From the NCBI GenBank assembly GCA_003971905.1, contig RSEE01000145.1:1-64000 (forward strand): a stretch of 64,000 bases of DNA, written 5' to 3'. The DNA is from Moniliella sp. 'wahieum'. Lineage: Eukaryota. The notes under the pieces are model-generated. The model worked only from the letters and a program-made list of their open reading frames with translations. It was not told the origin of the DNA and did not search any database. The position numbers and the translations under genes were made by a program. Below, piece by piece: positions 25,155 to 37,391 of this stretch; the stretch's first letter is position 1; every line of letters begins with the position of its first letter.

Positions 25155-26705
25155 CTAGTAGGGGTGAGGAGGGATTGTGGACACGACAGACTCCGTTTCA
25201 GTCGATGTGGCTGACTCGGGTGGTGTAGTGGCTGCCATAGGGGTTACTGCATGGGCAGATGAGGTGGTCTGGGCTGTCGTAGCCGGCCGGCTAAAGTGGC
25301 CGCCACGTTGGCCACCACGGTGACTTCCTCTGTACCCGCTGCCACCTCGGCCTCGTCCGCGGCCTGTCACCGTACTGCTTGTTTGGCTGTGCGACGTGGC
25401 TTCCGAAGGGGCCGTACTGGAGGGAGCTGGGCTTGAACTGGAGGTACTGCCGTAGTTGGAGCCTTTGAGTTCGCTCACTGCTCGGCGCAATTCGGCGTAG
25501 CTGCTGTTACGATGGAGGTGCAACCACCCCTGATCAGTAACGCCTTTCCGTAGCATCTGTGCTAGACCAATCTCGTCCAGCTTGGACTTGGACGTCATCT
25601 CGTACTGGGTTACCGCCACAGTGAACTCATTCAGGTATTGGCGGCCCGACTTGGTGCCCATTTTGAGAGTGAGAACCTTTATGAGGATATCACAGATCTC
25701 AGTGTCTGAAACGGTGCCGTACAAATCACGCAGAGCATGATAGTATGCAGACCCTAGAGCCGGCGTGCCATCGCCGGTGATCTGCTGGACGACGTCGGAG
25801 TCTATCCACGGGAGTAGAATGTTGGCCAAGTGAGCGTCCAGTTCTGCGTTATACCCGTCCAGGGCCTTGCCCTGTTCCAGATGCTCACGCGCTCCAGGGA
25901 TAATCTGGATACGAGGGAGGAAGATCCGGGTCCATAACCAAAACGAGCTGTTGTTGTGGAAACGCTCGTGGTACGGCACGTTGGTGCGAGTGGCACTACG
26001 GAGGAGCTTGTCGGGAGTCAAAGCCCACGGGTTGTCGTCGACGGCCGGAGTTGACGATAAGGCACCTTCGTTCTTGCTAGCATTGGGTGGATTCTCACAT
26101 GATAACATGACAATGGCTTCTGTGGTCGTCTTTTCGCTGTACCCAAGCTTGATACCAGTGTCCTGTAGCTGTTTGAGGGTGATGTGTTCGGGAAACAATT
26201 TGAACATGTTGCGAATGCGGTCGGCGAGGGTGGCGACGTCGTTCGCGGTGTTGTCGGGGCCCACGGGGGTGGGTTGAGGTGTAGGGGTAGATTCACGCGA
26301 TGGTGTCAGCGGCGGGGAGGCGTGGTCAACTCCGACGGGAGTGGTGCTCTCTTCTGCGGCGGCAGTTGGTGAAGTAGGGGTTGAGGAGTTGAACCAAGAC
26401 TCCTGAGTCTGAGAGCTCATGATGCTTGCCATTAGCTTACGCAGTTCGAGCAAGCGCTTGTGGATAGGGCCGGCAGCGGAGGCATCGTTGCGGTAGCGGA
26501 GTAGTAACTTGGTGAGGGAGTCCATGTGGTTGTTGCACACGGTGAGCTGGGCCATGTATTCGGAATTCGGATCTCTCTGGGTGGGAGTGGCATTGCGAAG
26601 TAGAATGTTGTAGACTTGCTGGTAATCCGACAGCAGTTGGGCGGCAGCGTCGGCGTTGGGCGCTGCTGCGCCCACAGGGGGGAGGTAGGTGTTGACCCAA
26701 GACAT
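25155..26705 (-). CDS. copia gag-like ORF (516 aa) ending at TAG
   Basis: Intact ORF starting 70 bp after the 5' LTR. Has a capsid-like segment (ALRDLYG..LTLKM..QYLNEF) and an RGG-rich C-terminal region; no CCHC knuckle seen. Confidence 0.85.
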   Translation of the reverse strand: MSWVNTYLPPVGAAAPNADAAAQLLSDYQQVYNILLRNATPTQRDPNSEYMAQLTVCNNHMDSLTKLLLRYRNDASAAGPIHKRLLELRKLMASIMSSQTQESWFNSSTPTSPTAAAEESTTPVGVDHASPPLTPSRESTPTPQPTPVGPDNTANDVATLADRIRNMFKLFPEHITLKQLQDTGIKLGYSEKTTTEAIVMLSCENPPNASKNEGALSSTPAVDDNPWALTPDKLLRSATRTNVPYHERFHNNSSFWLWTRIFLPRIQIIPGAREHLEQGKALDGYNAELDAHLANILLPWIDSDVVQQITGDGTPALGSAYYHALRDLYGTVSDTEICDILIKVLTLKMGTKSGRQYLNEFTVAVTQYEMTSKSKLDEIGLAQMLRKGVTDQGWLHLHRNSSYAELRRAVSELKGSNYGSTSSSSPAPSSTAPSEATSHSQTSSTVTGRGRGRGGSGYRGSHRGGQRGGHFSRPATTAQTTSSAHAVTPMAATTPPESATSTETESVVSTIPPHPY

Positions 26706-26775
26706 GGGTGGGTGGAAGATTGGAAGAGTGTAAGAGTGGAAGGCTCAGGGCTGAGCGTCAAGAGGATTGTAACTC

Positions 26776-26992
26776 TGTAAGACCGGAGGAACCCAAGGGA
26801 TTGGGTGAAGAACCTCTGGAAATGTAGAGCAATGCAATCGCGATGGTGGTGGTTCAGGTCTAAGCCTTGTGCCACACCTAGAGACAGGGGTTCAGACAAG
26901 CCTGAGTATACACGTGGAGGCTTCGGAGGACAAATCAGGGGTGAAGGGTGATGAGGCGCCTTGGCCTAAGTACGGGACCACGGGTCCCAACA
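26776..26992 (-). repeat. 5' LTR of the copia element
   Basis: Direct repeat of 21101-21317, followed in element sense by GAGTTACAATC at the PBS position. Confidence 0.97.
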
Positions 26993-27727
26993 GTAGCGCC
27001 CCCCCCCCCCCGAATCCAGCCAGTACCCAGCTGGGCACAACAGTGCAGCAGCGGTGGAACGGGCCCGCCGGCGCCGGAGGAATAGGGCTGACCATGTGGC
27101 CCGTGGGGCGAACGTGAACGTCAACTGTAGCATCCATTAAGGCAACGGTAGGCACCGGACGAAGGGGGGCAGTGGGGTTGGTACGTCCGGGGCAGAGAAG
27201 AAGGGGGGGAAAGGAAGAGACTACAACAACCCGACGTTGGGGCGTAACGCGTACCGCGTACCGCGTACCAGCGGGCCACTAGAACGGTATAGTAGCAAGT
27301 ATAGTGGGGAGACAGAGGACGGTAAATACGGTTGTTATGGTTATCAATGAGGAGAGTGGGGTAGGAATAAGCAAGGGTAGCTGGAAGAGCTACGTGCGGG
27401 AGAGCGGTGCAAAGACAATGGGCAAGGAAAGGAATGGAGAGGAAAGGAAACATAAGGAAACGAAGGGAGAGAGAAGGATAGAGGAGAGGGAAGAGAAGGA
27501 TGTGCCCCGGGAGATGCAGAAAAAAAAACGTGCGGCCAAAGTGGTACACAGAGCAGAAAAGTGAGATGCGGGAAAGAGGGTGGGGAGTACAGTGGATGAA
27601 GAGAAGGAGAAGGCGAGACGGAGGTGGGGGGGTGGATAAGTACTTGTAGGGAACACCGTTACATTTTGCATTTTGCATTTTGCATTTCGCATTTTGGCAG
27701 CCAGGTTTAACGTTTACACGTTCCAGC

Positions 27728-29716
27728 TCACCGAGCTTTGACAGCCGAGGATTGGGCGGTGGATTGGGCACCTTTTTCCACTTGGATACAGCGGGACGAA
27801 GCGGTGGACGTGGGTCGGGAGGCGGGGGCGTCAGTGGCTAGCAGGCGAATACCCAGCACGTGCCGTACATCGTCGCAAAACCGAAGCGAATCCAACACTG
27901 GAAGCAGGTCCATGAGCGCCGTGTCGTACGGATCGTGGGTCCAACCTTCAATGGGTATCCCATTGGCCGGGTGCAAGCGCCACGAAGCTGGACTGTTATC
28001 CAACAGGCATACTCTCCTTAGCGGATCAGCCTCGGTCCCAGTCCCTGTTCCAGTTCTTGTCCCACTCGGTCCCGCCGCACCGTCTCGCACGACCGCCGAA
28101 AGGTCCTTGATGTACGCCCCGTTCTTGTAGATGCACGATTCGCGAAACAGACGGCCTTGGAACAATCCCCTTCCTGCGTCCAGCCAATCAATCACTGGAT
28201 CCGCATACTCCCGTACCGACGCTGTAAATACCACTACGCTGTACCATTCCGCCACTTGGGCTAGGAACGCGTCCACCCCAGGCCGTTTGTGCACCGTGTA
28301 CACCACGCTCCCCGCCCACCATCACCTCCACACTGGTGGTGCCGCCACCAAAACTGGAGAAGCCAGGGGCGTGGGTAGGACCCAGTCCCAGTGTCGCAAG
28401 TCCCGAGCCAAACATGCGTCGCGGCATGCCTAATGCACTCCCTAGTCCAAACCTGCTCTTTGGACCATCACGTACACCCGAGCGAGCGACGGAATGGATC
28501 AACGTCTCGTCCAAGTCTAGAACAAGCGTCTTGGGCGTAGAATCGACCACTTGCGCCTTGACCTGTGTTCGGCGCACGCTTTCGAGCGGCGACGGACGAC
28601 GCGCACGCATAGGGATCGGACTGCTGCCCCCATGGGGGTTAGCTAGCAAACGGGACGGAGGGGTGGAAGGCGTAGGCCCCCCTGATCCTGATCCTGATCC
28701 AGATCCAAATCCAGATCCAGATCCATCCGACTTGCTCTGGTCGCGTTGGGGCACTTGATCCCGCGTCGCTGGCTTCTCAGCGTCGGCAACCGACGTGGCC
28801 GTGGCTGATGCTGTAGCCATGCGTCGCAACACGTGCACCAAGGCTTGGATGAGCAAGGCAACCAGCCGGACCAGGCGGGCGAGATGGGACTGCAGAGAGA
28901 TGGGGATATACATTTTGGATATGGACTTGACCAGAACAGTCTCTTTGTCCAACCCATTTCGCTCGTCAGCCGCAGCGGGTGCGACGATGGTCATGCCAGC
29001 CTGGCGATGCGGGGTACTCGATACGCAGACTACTTCGTCCCAAGAAGGTGGTGGTGACGTGTCCCCTGCTACCGCTACCTCGGGTTCGGACAAAGACGCG
29101 TCGTCAGCTCGGCCCTTGGAGGACGCAGGCTCGGACGCAACCAGCGTCTCGCACAGCGACAATTCGTCCGACCCGGACGAGCAGGACGAGACCAAGGTTT
29201 GATTGTCGTCATGCGCCCGCGCAGGGAGGGGGCATGCCGAGGTATCAGCACCGTCCAGCGTCTCTGGTGTTGGCTCAGGGGATGGAAGGAGGAGTGGACG
29301 GCCAACGGGACATGCTGCCCTCGCACTGGGTGGGCGCGAGGGCGCGTGGATGGGATGGGAGGTACGTGGAGGCGGCAGGGAAAATGTTGGTGATGGTGCT
29401 GGTGGACAATTGGGGGCAGGTGGGGAGGGTGGGGCCACACTGGACGCTGAGAGGGGGCGGGATCATCAGGCCAGTCAAACCCCAGAGGCGGGCCCATCGG
29501 CGGCGGAAGCGGCTGGTTTCGGGGTCGGGTCGGGTGAAGCGGCGGCGGCGGCGACGCCAAGAGGTGGAGTCGGAGACGAGACTGGGGGTGGGCCAGGCGG
29601 TGGCGGACCAGAGGCGCGGGAGGGGCGGAGGCGGGTGCAGGGGAGGTGGAGGTGGAGGCGGGTGGGAGGGATGGCAGTGGGGCGAGGAGGCGGTCGAGGA
29701 GGCGGAGTGAGTTCAT
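27728..29716 (-). CDS. NEM1: Nem1/CTDNEP1-like HAD phosphatase (FCP1/NIF domain)
   Basis: Starts MNSL. Motifs [79 protein letters not shown]. Confidence 0.88.
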
Positions 29717-29779
29717 GCCGTTGGTGTGGCAGACATCCTCTGGGGGGTGGGGATGCGGGATGGAAGGAGGGATGGGAGA

Positions 29780-29903
29780 TGGATGGATGCGAGATGGATG
29801 GAGAGATGGAGAGATGGATGGATGGATGGATGGATGGATGGAGGATGGATGGATGGATGGATGGATGGATGGATGGATGGATGGATGGATGGATGGATGG
29901 ATG
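29780..29903. repeat. (GGAT)n microsatellite upstream of NEM1
   Basis: Long, partly interrupted ATGG run. Confidence 0.95.
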
Positions 29904-31175
29904 CAGCGTGTTGTGCACACTCCACGGGTGCTCTACGTCGCTGCGCTGCGGCTGGCGATCAACATGAATAAGCGCTGGGCGTAGGCGTAGCCTTCGGCCT
30001 TCGGCCTTTTGCGGCTGGGATTGGCCCCACACCAGCCGTGTCTGACTGCGGCAGCTGCTGGGCCAGCATGCCTCCCTCGGCGCAGCCCACTCGACCAGGC
30101 ACCCCGATCGCTGCAATTTCAAATTCCCTGCTCCCCATCCCCTCGCATGCGTCATCGATCATCCACCCCGGCCATCCATCCTCGCCCTGTGCCCCTCACG
30201 CCTCACGCTCACCCATCGCCCCACCTGGCCTGCTCACGTGGCCCAGCCTCCCCATCGATCGTCTGGGCCACAGGTCAGCCCATCAGGCATGATGCATGAC
30301 CGCCTCCCCCGCCCCAACCAACCCAGGCCTACTACCTCCACCGCCCCATCCCATGCCCCTGTCTGCCGCTCAAGTGTTGGGGTTGGGCTGGCGCGCTTTC
30401 ACCGCCATGGCCACTCCATCTCAATCCTCAATCCGTCACATCGGTTGCATCTTGCATCCCGATGCGATCGCGAATCGGGCCAGGCAGGACGCCAAGCCCG
30501 CCTGTCGTACTGAGTACTCAACTGAATATACACATCGTGCATCGTCACCCGCGTCATTCATCACTCGCATTCCGTACCATCGACGTCATCCAACCACACT
30601 AGCCTCCGGCCTCAGACGCCTCAGACCTCAGACGCCTCACATCCTCAGATCTCAGAGGTGACACAGTGACACGCCTCTGGCCCCCTCGCGCCCCTTGGGC
30701 CCATTCGTAAAAAAACGCCATACCACGCCATACCACCTCGACGGCGCTGTGGCACCCGCGCTCCCCGCTGGGCCGCGACTGCGCCCGTCTCGGCATTGCT
30801 AGCAAGCATGGGTGCATGAGTACATGAGTTGCATCGCTCAGGCGCCAAGGCCTAATGGGCCGCTGCCGTCCTGCCCTCTGCCCCGATCGCGCCATCCCAG
30901 CCTCCCGTCGCTGTCATGATCATCCATCTCATCGATCACCCCCCTCCCACGTCCAGCGTCCTCCGTCCAGCGTCCCACCCACCACATGCGCCAAATGTCC
31001 ATAACGCAGAAACAGGGAATCGGTAACTAGACAGCCTGGTGCCTCCCAAACAAGGTACATACAACGAACGATAGGCCCCAGGCGCCGCCCAGCGGGTATG
31101 GGTCGCACCCCCCACCTTCCTCCCCAACCCTCAACGTCTCAACCCTCACTCGCGAGGGCAATGAAGTGGGGTAGA

Positions 31176-32719
31176 CTAGTTCAGTAGCTGAAGAAAAGAA
31201 CAGAGACGGGTTAGTACTCAGTTCAGTGAAAGCAGGTGTATAGGTAAGTTCCCCCCCCCGCCTGCCCCCCCCCCCTTGGCCCGCTCTCTCGCATGCCCCA
31301 CACATTCTTTCCGATCTCTAACACTGTGTTCCAGTGTTCCACGTACCGCCAGTAGCACAATCGCAATCACGACACCAACAATGAGTAGGAGACAGAATGC
31401 ACGCCGGCCGGCCTTGCGCTGGTACTCGTGCGCTTGCAGTAGCTCCCGACTCGCCGAATTCGTATGGCTCGCCACGGTCGCAATGTTGTACTCGATGTTA
31501 TCTGCAACGTCCACGAGTCACGGGTCAGTATTCAGTTCAGTCGCAGTACGCAGTTGAAGATCCCTTGCGCCCCGCCTCCCGCACATCCATCCATCCATCC
31601 ATCCATCCATCCATGCAGCCTTGCATCTCCTCTCCTCCCCGCGTATCCCCATCGGGAGCACATGAGATCTGAGATCTGAGAACTGAGAACGCACCAATCA
31701 TGCCGCCTTGCTCCTGCACAATGTGACCCAAGTCACGGAAAATCTCATTGAGCTCTTGGATGCCATGTTCAATCTCGTTAATCTCCGCTTCGCGCTCGGC
31801 AATCAGCGACTCTTGAAACTCGAGTTCGGCCTGGCTCAGCCCAGCAGGCCTTTGAACTTGAACTTGAACTTGATCCTGCACCAGGTCCGTCCCAGGAGGC
31901 CGGTCCAGCTCCACCAGCGGAGTCCCCTCCTCCTGCTCTTGCGCCCTGCAAACCTTGTTTCAGTATCCTTCCTTGCCGCTGCAGGGGGAAGCAGGAGCGG
32001 GAGAGGGAGAGGGAGAGGGGAGAGGGAGACGTACACTTCGTTGGGCGAGGCAGGACGGTGGACGACGTGCTGAGCCGTCGCACTCGCACTCGCATTGGTA
32101 TTGATATTAGCATCGTGCGCCGCGCCTGAGCAACTTTGAGATCATCTCGATTCCTTTCGGCCGAAGCGCGCTGGGCCGCTTGGAACCGAACCAGGGACGC
32201 CTCAAAATCGCGCTGGAGCTTGTTAGCGGCCAACTGGCGGCCAGGCCTAGCCTGGGGATCAGCGCACTGCGCCGCCTCCACCGATACCGCCTTAAGCGCC
32301 GCAGCAGCATCGTGGGCTAACCCTCGTGTGACTCGTTGAGATCGTGCATCCGCTGCGCCCAGGCAAGTTCTTTCGTCCCCGTCCCCTTGCCTTTGCTCTT
32401 GCCCGTGCCCGTGCCTGTGCCTGTGCCCCGCGGGTCGCGCGATCGCGAGAGCGAAACTAGTTTCTCGATCGCACTCACGTTCGAGTTGATCTTGAGCACT
32501 TGGATCGATAGTGCGGTCGCGCGCGTGCGGAACCCCGCGTCGTCCGTATCGGTATCCGTATCGTTACCGTCATCGTCATTGGTATCCTCATCCCCCGCAC
32601 GGCCTGCACGGCCTGCACGGCCTGCACGGCCCGGTGGAGTGGCGCGGTGGGGCGAGAGCAGCGGGTCATCAGCTGCCCTCCCACGCGTGCTTGATCTTGG
32701 AAGTGACTGGAAGGACATG
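31176..32719 (-). CDS. Qa-SNARE syntaxin, Pep12/Vam3/STX7-like, with several introns
   Basis: Habc segment KLQRDF..FQAAQR. SNARE motif LIAEREAEINEIEHGIQELNEIFRDLGHIVQEQGGMI|DNIEYNI. TM segment CLLLIVGVVIAIVLLA, then a last mini-exon LLN-stop after CTAAC..TTCAG. Confidence 0.9.
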
Positions 32720-33757
32720 GAAGGCGCAGGCGCAGGCGGAGACAATGGCAATGGTGATGGAGATAGCGATGGCGATGGCGCCAAATCCTAAGTTAGCGGT
32801 AGCTGGACATGCGCGGTAAACTCCGGCGGTTGCGAGCATACATACGGTGTGTCAATGTTGTACCACACTCGGTACTGCGTACTAACCCTCAGGCCCTCAG
32901 GCGCTGGCACTTAATTAGGTAGGCCTTGGGCGCTGCGATAATCGATAACGCCGAGGACCTTGCTGCCCTCTGCTGCCCGCTGCTGCCCGCTGCTGCCCCT
33001 GTTCCCCCCGGCCCTCAGCTGCGGCTTGGGTTCCGCCATTTAATTCCGCCCAGCGCAGAGCGAGGGCTACCGCCCCGTCTAATTCCGCCAGGTGGGGATC
33101 CGATTTGGGTGTGCGGCCGTTTAAACTTTCTTTTTTATTTTGCAACCTTGATTGATCGATTGCAATTGTATGAGTGCCTGCCTCTCGTCTGCCGTTATTA
33201 CGACCCCCCTTTCCATCTCATCGATCATCAACACCTCTTCTCATCGATCCTCGACGACCATCCCATCTACCTCACGCCCGCGTCGCAGTCGACCATAGAA
33301 CGTTGGCGTGCTGGCAGCGCTGTTTGCACCATCTCCGCAGGGCAAACCGTGCCCCTAGTAGCATCAGACCGTACTCTTAGCTCAGCATGCCGCCATCCGA
33401 CGCCCACAGTGATGGCATCGTTCCGTTGCTCAGTCATTAGTTAGGCTGAGCCGAGGGACTCAGGCTGAGTCGAGGGGCTGAGCGGTTGACTGTATCACAC
33501 AGATCAAAAAGTTGATCTCAGATCTCACCTTAGGCCTTAGGCTGTGGGCCTTATCAACCCACAGCACCAGACTCGGCCAATTTTTTTGGCCCTCCGCCAC
33601 ACACCACGCCCCACCCCACCGACCCCTGTTACCGCATTCCTCCTCGAGGTACCCCTTTCCACCCTCCCCCCAGCCTATTTCCCCTTCGCCCCTCCCCTCT
33701 CTCCTCTACCCGCACCTTCCCTACTTCCATTGCGCTCGGTTGGCCCATCTGCGGTTC

Positions 33758-35587
33758 ATGCCAAGCACTCCTGGCCACGTCCGGGCCCGTCCGGCATGGG
33801 CCGCCCACACACCATCGCCGCTCCGTCAATCGTTCACTCCTGCTCTACCCGCAGCCTGTGCTGATGGGCAGGAGGACGAGGGAGTTGATCCGCTCATCTA
33901 CCTGCTCTTCCGTTCCGCCCCATCTACCTGCTCTTCCGCTCCGCCCAGGCCCTCGCGCAAGCTGCCTCGCTCTTTGATTGCACGCGCACTGGACGCCGGT
34001 GGCCCTATCCGCGCAGCCCCTCTGGCCGGGGGATACGAACAGGCGCTACTCACCACTCGTCTTTCTTCGGGCCTGCGCAGTGCGCCCTTTGAAGTGCAAC
34101 TTGGTGTCATTGGCTCGGATGGCATGAGCGCAACTCAAATCCGGATCCCCTTCCTTGCACACTACCACCCAGGTCAGGAGGGTGCAGATGCGGATGCGGA
34201 TGCGGATGCGACGTGCGTCACGTCCCCCTATGTAGGCAGAATTGATGTGACGGGCTACTATGCACGACAACTGCACAGCGTGCGCCGCGAAGTGCTCCAA
34301 CAACTACGTCAACTCGACTACGGCAAACGGGCTGGGGAAGGGAGGATGAGCTGCTCGCTGCCTGACCCACCCACTTACCCATCCACTTGTCCATCCACAT
34401 ATGAGCCTTCACTTCTCTCTCGCTCGTTCCACCGTCCCCCACCTGCTCCAGCAGCGTACGAGCCCCCAACCCCCCCGAGCTTTCCGGGGTACCGTGTTCC
34501 CCGAACTGGACGAGTCCAACTTGTGCTCCGAGGACCAGCAGGGGCAGAGGCAATCCCCCGCGTCTTGGTGGTCCCGTACGACGTGCACACTTTATTGCCT
34601 GGAACGCAGTGCGTGGTGCGCCACACATGCTACGCCCACCCTCTGCCTCCTTACCGCGGCCGACGAACACTTCACTATACGGTCCAACTTCGCTTTGCTG
34701 CTCCCCCGCTCCCCCGCCGGCGCACGGGGACGGGGACGGGAACGGGGACAGGGACGGGGACGAGGATGAGGTCAGAGACAGGGACAATGCAGGGCACAAT
34801 ACACTCTTCTTCCACTCCTAAAGTGTACCTCTTCGCCTCACTTCGTCTCGCCTTTTCGCCCCGCCTCGTCACCAGCACCCACCTCTCGCCTCGGTCCATA
34901 GTGATTGAGGATGGACAGCAACTACTCCGATCGACTCAGACTTGGGGACTGCACCCGCCTACCCCGCTCCACCAAACACACATTCACCCTTTTGACCCAC
35001 TGGCTATGCTGCCCCCGCTCAATCCTGGTCCCGTGGCCTGCCTGCCCATCTCGCCTGATCTCCCCACCGCCCTACCCAAGCCTCTTTATAAACCTGCCCC
35101 ATCCAACCATCACACCAACGTCAACCCCAACCCTCACGCCGAAGTCAACCCCAACGCTGACGCTGACGCTGACGCATTTACATTCCCCGGCCCAGGGGCG
35201 GACTGGACCCGCGCCGTGAGCCGCACTCGCGCCGCCGTACGCACACTGCGCGAACGTATCTGGACCCAGCACGCACAGGCCTCGCTTCTGTCTCCTGGTT
35301 GCCCCCTCGAGCTCAAGCTCAAGCTCGACACGAACAGACCAATACCGATCCCCGGTACCGTCCCGCGCCCACTCGCACCCTCACCCCCGTCCGCATCTCC
35401 ACCCGCACACGGAGCCGGAACCGGAGCCGGACCAGACGCCGGCCCATCGTATGCAAGTTCCGCTCACGGTGCAGAGCAAGCGCTAGCCCCCCCCGCGCTG
35501 GCCCACGTGCCACCCGTGCCGGTCGACGCGGCCAAGCTGCACCGAGCTCGCGGCCGCACCGAGATGCCGTGCCCATCTGAATATTGA
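33758..35587 (+). CDS. ATOS/FAM214-like protein (DUF4210 plus chromosome-segregation C-terminal domain)
   Basis: GGYEQALL..RLS, PFEVQLGVIG, IPF.AHY, SPYVGRID, GYRVPRTGRVQLVL, VVPYDV..L.PGT..VVRH, LHYTVQLRF, VYL...LRLAFS. Confidence 0.75.
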   Translation: MPSTPGHVRARPAWAAHTPSPLRQSFTPALPAACADGQEDEGVDPLIYLLFRSAPSTCSSAPPRPSRKLPRSLIARALDAGGPIRAAPLAGGYEQALLTTRLSSGLRSAPFEVQLGVIGSDGMSATQIRIPFLAHYHPGQEGADADADADATCVTSPYVGRIDVTGYYARQLHSVRREVLQQLRQLDYGKRAGEGRMSCSLPDPPTYPSTCPSTYEPSLLSRSFHRPPPAPAAYEPPTPPSFPGYRVPRTGRVQLVLRGPAGAEAIPRVLVVPYDVHTLLPGTQCVVRHTCYAHPLPPYRGRRTLHYTVQLRFAAPPLPRRRTGTGTGTGTGTGTRMRSETGTMQGTIHSSSTPKVYLFASLRLAFSPRLVTSTHLSPRSIVIEDGQQLLRSTQTWGLHPPTPLHQTHIHPFDPLAMLPPLNPGPVACLPISPDLPTALPKPLYKPAPSNHHTNVNPNPHAEVNPNADADADAFTFPGPGADWTRAVSRTRAAVRTLRERIWTQHAQASLLSPGCPLELKLKLDTNRPIPIPGTVPRPLAPSPPSASPPAHGAGTGAGPDAGPSYASSAHGAEQALAPPALAHVPPVPVDAAKLHRARGRTEMPCPSEY

Positions 35588-37391
35588 ATCCTAATGATTA
35601 TCGATTCGTGGTTAGTGGCTAATGAGGCCGAGGCCAGCAGGCCACCGTTCGGATCGTTCCAAGGTGCAAGGTGCAAGGTGCAAGGTGCAATGGTTGCGCC
35701 ATCCCCCCTCTGCTAGATTAACTTGAGGCTCACGATCCACCTATCGCTTTGATTCGTCCACTGTACCATACCAGGCATACTGCAACCCTAGTCATCAGTC
35801 ATCCATATTCAATTCCATGCCTGTCCCATCTAGCCTTGGTACTTGTAAGCTCGGGGCCTTGGGCCTGGGGCCTTGGGTCCCCTCTCCCCGGCCCCGTCAC
35901 CGCCGATGGGAGGGGCGAAGCAGCAGAGGATGTTCTACGGACAGTCGTTTTGGCATGGCTGGCAAGATGGTTGAAACATGAAATAGTGAACTTCGACGCA
36001 TGGTTGACGCGGTTAACGTTGATGCATGATGCATGGTGCACGATGATCGATGACGCGTGACGTTGAACGTTCAGTCGATCTTTCTCCGACGAGAGACGCA
36101 GATTGAAATTGAAGCGGGGAACGCCGAATCGGATGGTTGAGCTGGATGTTTTCCGTTCTCCGCGCACCTGAACTGAACCTGAACGTTCAATTGAACGGCC
36201 GGGGGGTGACGCGTGACGCGTGAACGTGTGAACAGCTGACTAGCTGTTTAGTGGACTAGTTGCCTAGCTGACTAGCACGACGCGCCGCGCCCACCCAACC
36301 ACTCGAGTGTTTGGGGACTAGCTGCCAGGGTACCATCCTACCCGGCACATGGCATGTGGCAGGACAAAGCTGGGGAAGTCCGGCCGCTGAGGCTCTCATC
36401 GGTCGCCCGCGCATCGAAAGTGTGACTCACTCCCACGGACTAGGGCTTTCAGTATTTTCCAATATCTCCCAGCCCGGGAGGCCTGGAACGATGAGTTCAC
36501 CAGTTCATCGATGATGCCCCCCACACGTCTGCTGGCCACAGCCCCTCGACCTCCGCCCTCGCCGCATGGTTGGGGGGAAAAGAGCAAGTTCCGCTCTGGC
36601 TTGAGGCTTGGGATCGGAGGCTGGGAAGCGAGCGCAGTAACCGGTAAGGCCAGACCTAAGGCGAGAGACGAGTCCGTAGTAACCCCACCTGGGCTTGGAC
36701 AAGTGGGCGCAGCACCGCGAGGGACGGGCTGAGCGCAAGCGCGAGGGCAAGTAGTGCAAGCGCCAGCCATGGGCTGCCGGCGCGCCTGGAGCTGGACGGG
36801 CGGCGTGGAAGCGGGAGGGCCGGGGCAGACTGATGCACTGGTGGCTGGTGTGTGATGCCGACAATGCAGGCGATGAGCCCACCCACCCGCTCGAGCCAAT
36901 CCAGGCCAACCGAGAATGGCGCCACGCTCGCGGCGGGTAGGGTTGGAGCCGCCCCGTTCGCAGGGGGGCAGTGCCGCGTGGACGGCCACGCGCGCGACTG
37001 GCCTGCTGCGGGGCGCCGCGGTTGGGAACGGGTGACGTCAGTCGCTGGCCGGGCGGGGGCAGGGGGCCAGCGCACTTTAACGCAGGCAGGCTCGTGTGCC
37101 ACACTCCCTGCAGCCCCCTGCAGCTGGCCGCAGCACGACAGCACACAGCACGACAGCACCGCACGACAGCACCGCACGACCGCTCCCCCGGCCTCGCCCC
37201 CCCGGCCTCGCCCCCCGGCCTCGCCCCCCCGGCCTCACGCCTCACTGCCGCCGTGCCGGCTGGAAGGTGGGCGAACGCTGCTGGGCCCGATATATAACCC
37301 TGCTTATCTGCTGCCTCTTTGTCCGCCGGCCCCCTCGCCCATCCATCCCCTCCTGCCCGCCCTCTGCTCTGCCTCCCCCAGCCCGCTCGCC

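Larger units (their letters stand above)
21101..26992 (-). mobile_element. Full-length Ty1/copia LTR retrotransposon, 5892 bp
   Basis: 217-bp TG..CA LTRs at 21101-21317 and 26776-26992, identical by eye. 5-bp TSD GTAGC at 21096-21100 and 26993-26997. Domain order is gag-PR-IN-RT-RH. Confidence 0.98.

Noticed and set aside
29075..30155. HPSI/MDGW repeat ORFs
   Set aside because: These are translations of the (GGAT)n microsatellite.
36050..36230. MCB (ACGCGT) cell-cycle boxes
   Set aside because: Three copies are present, but they are over 1 kb from the nearest start codon and such hexamers are common at this GC content.
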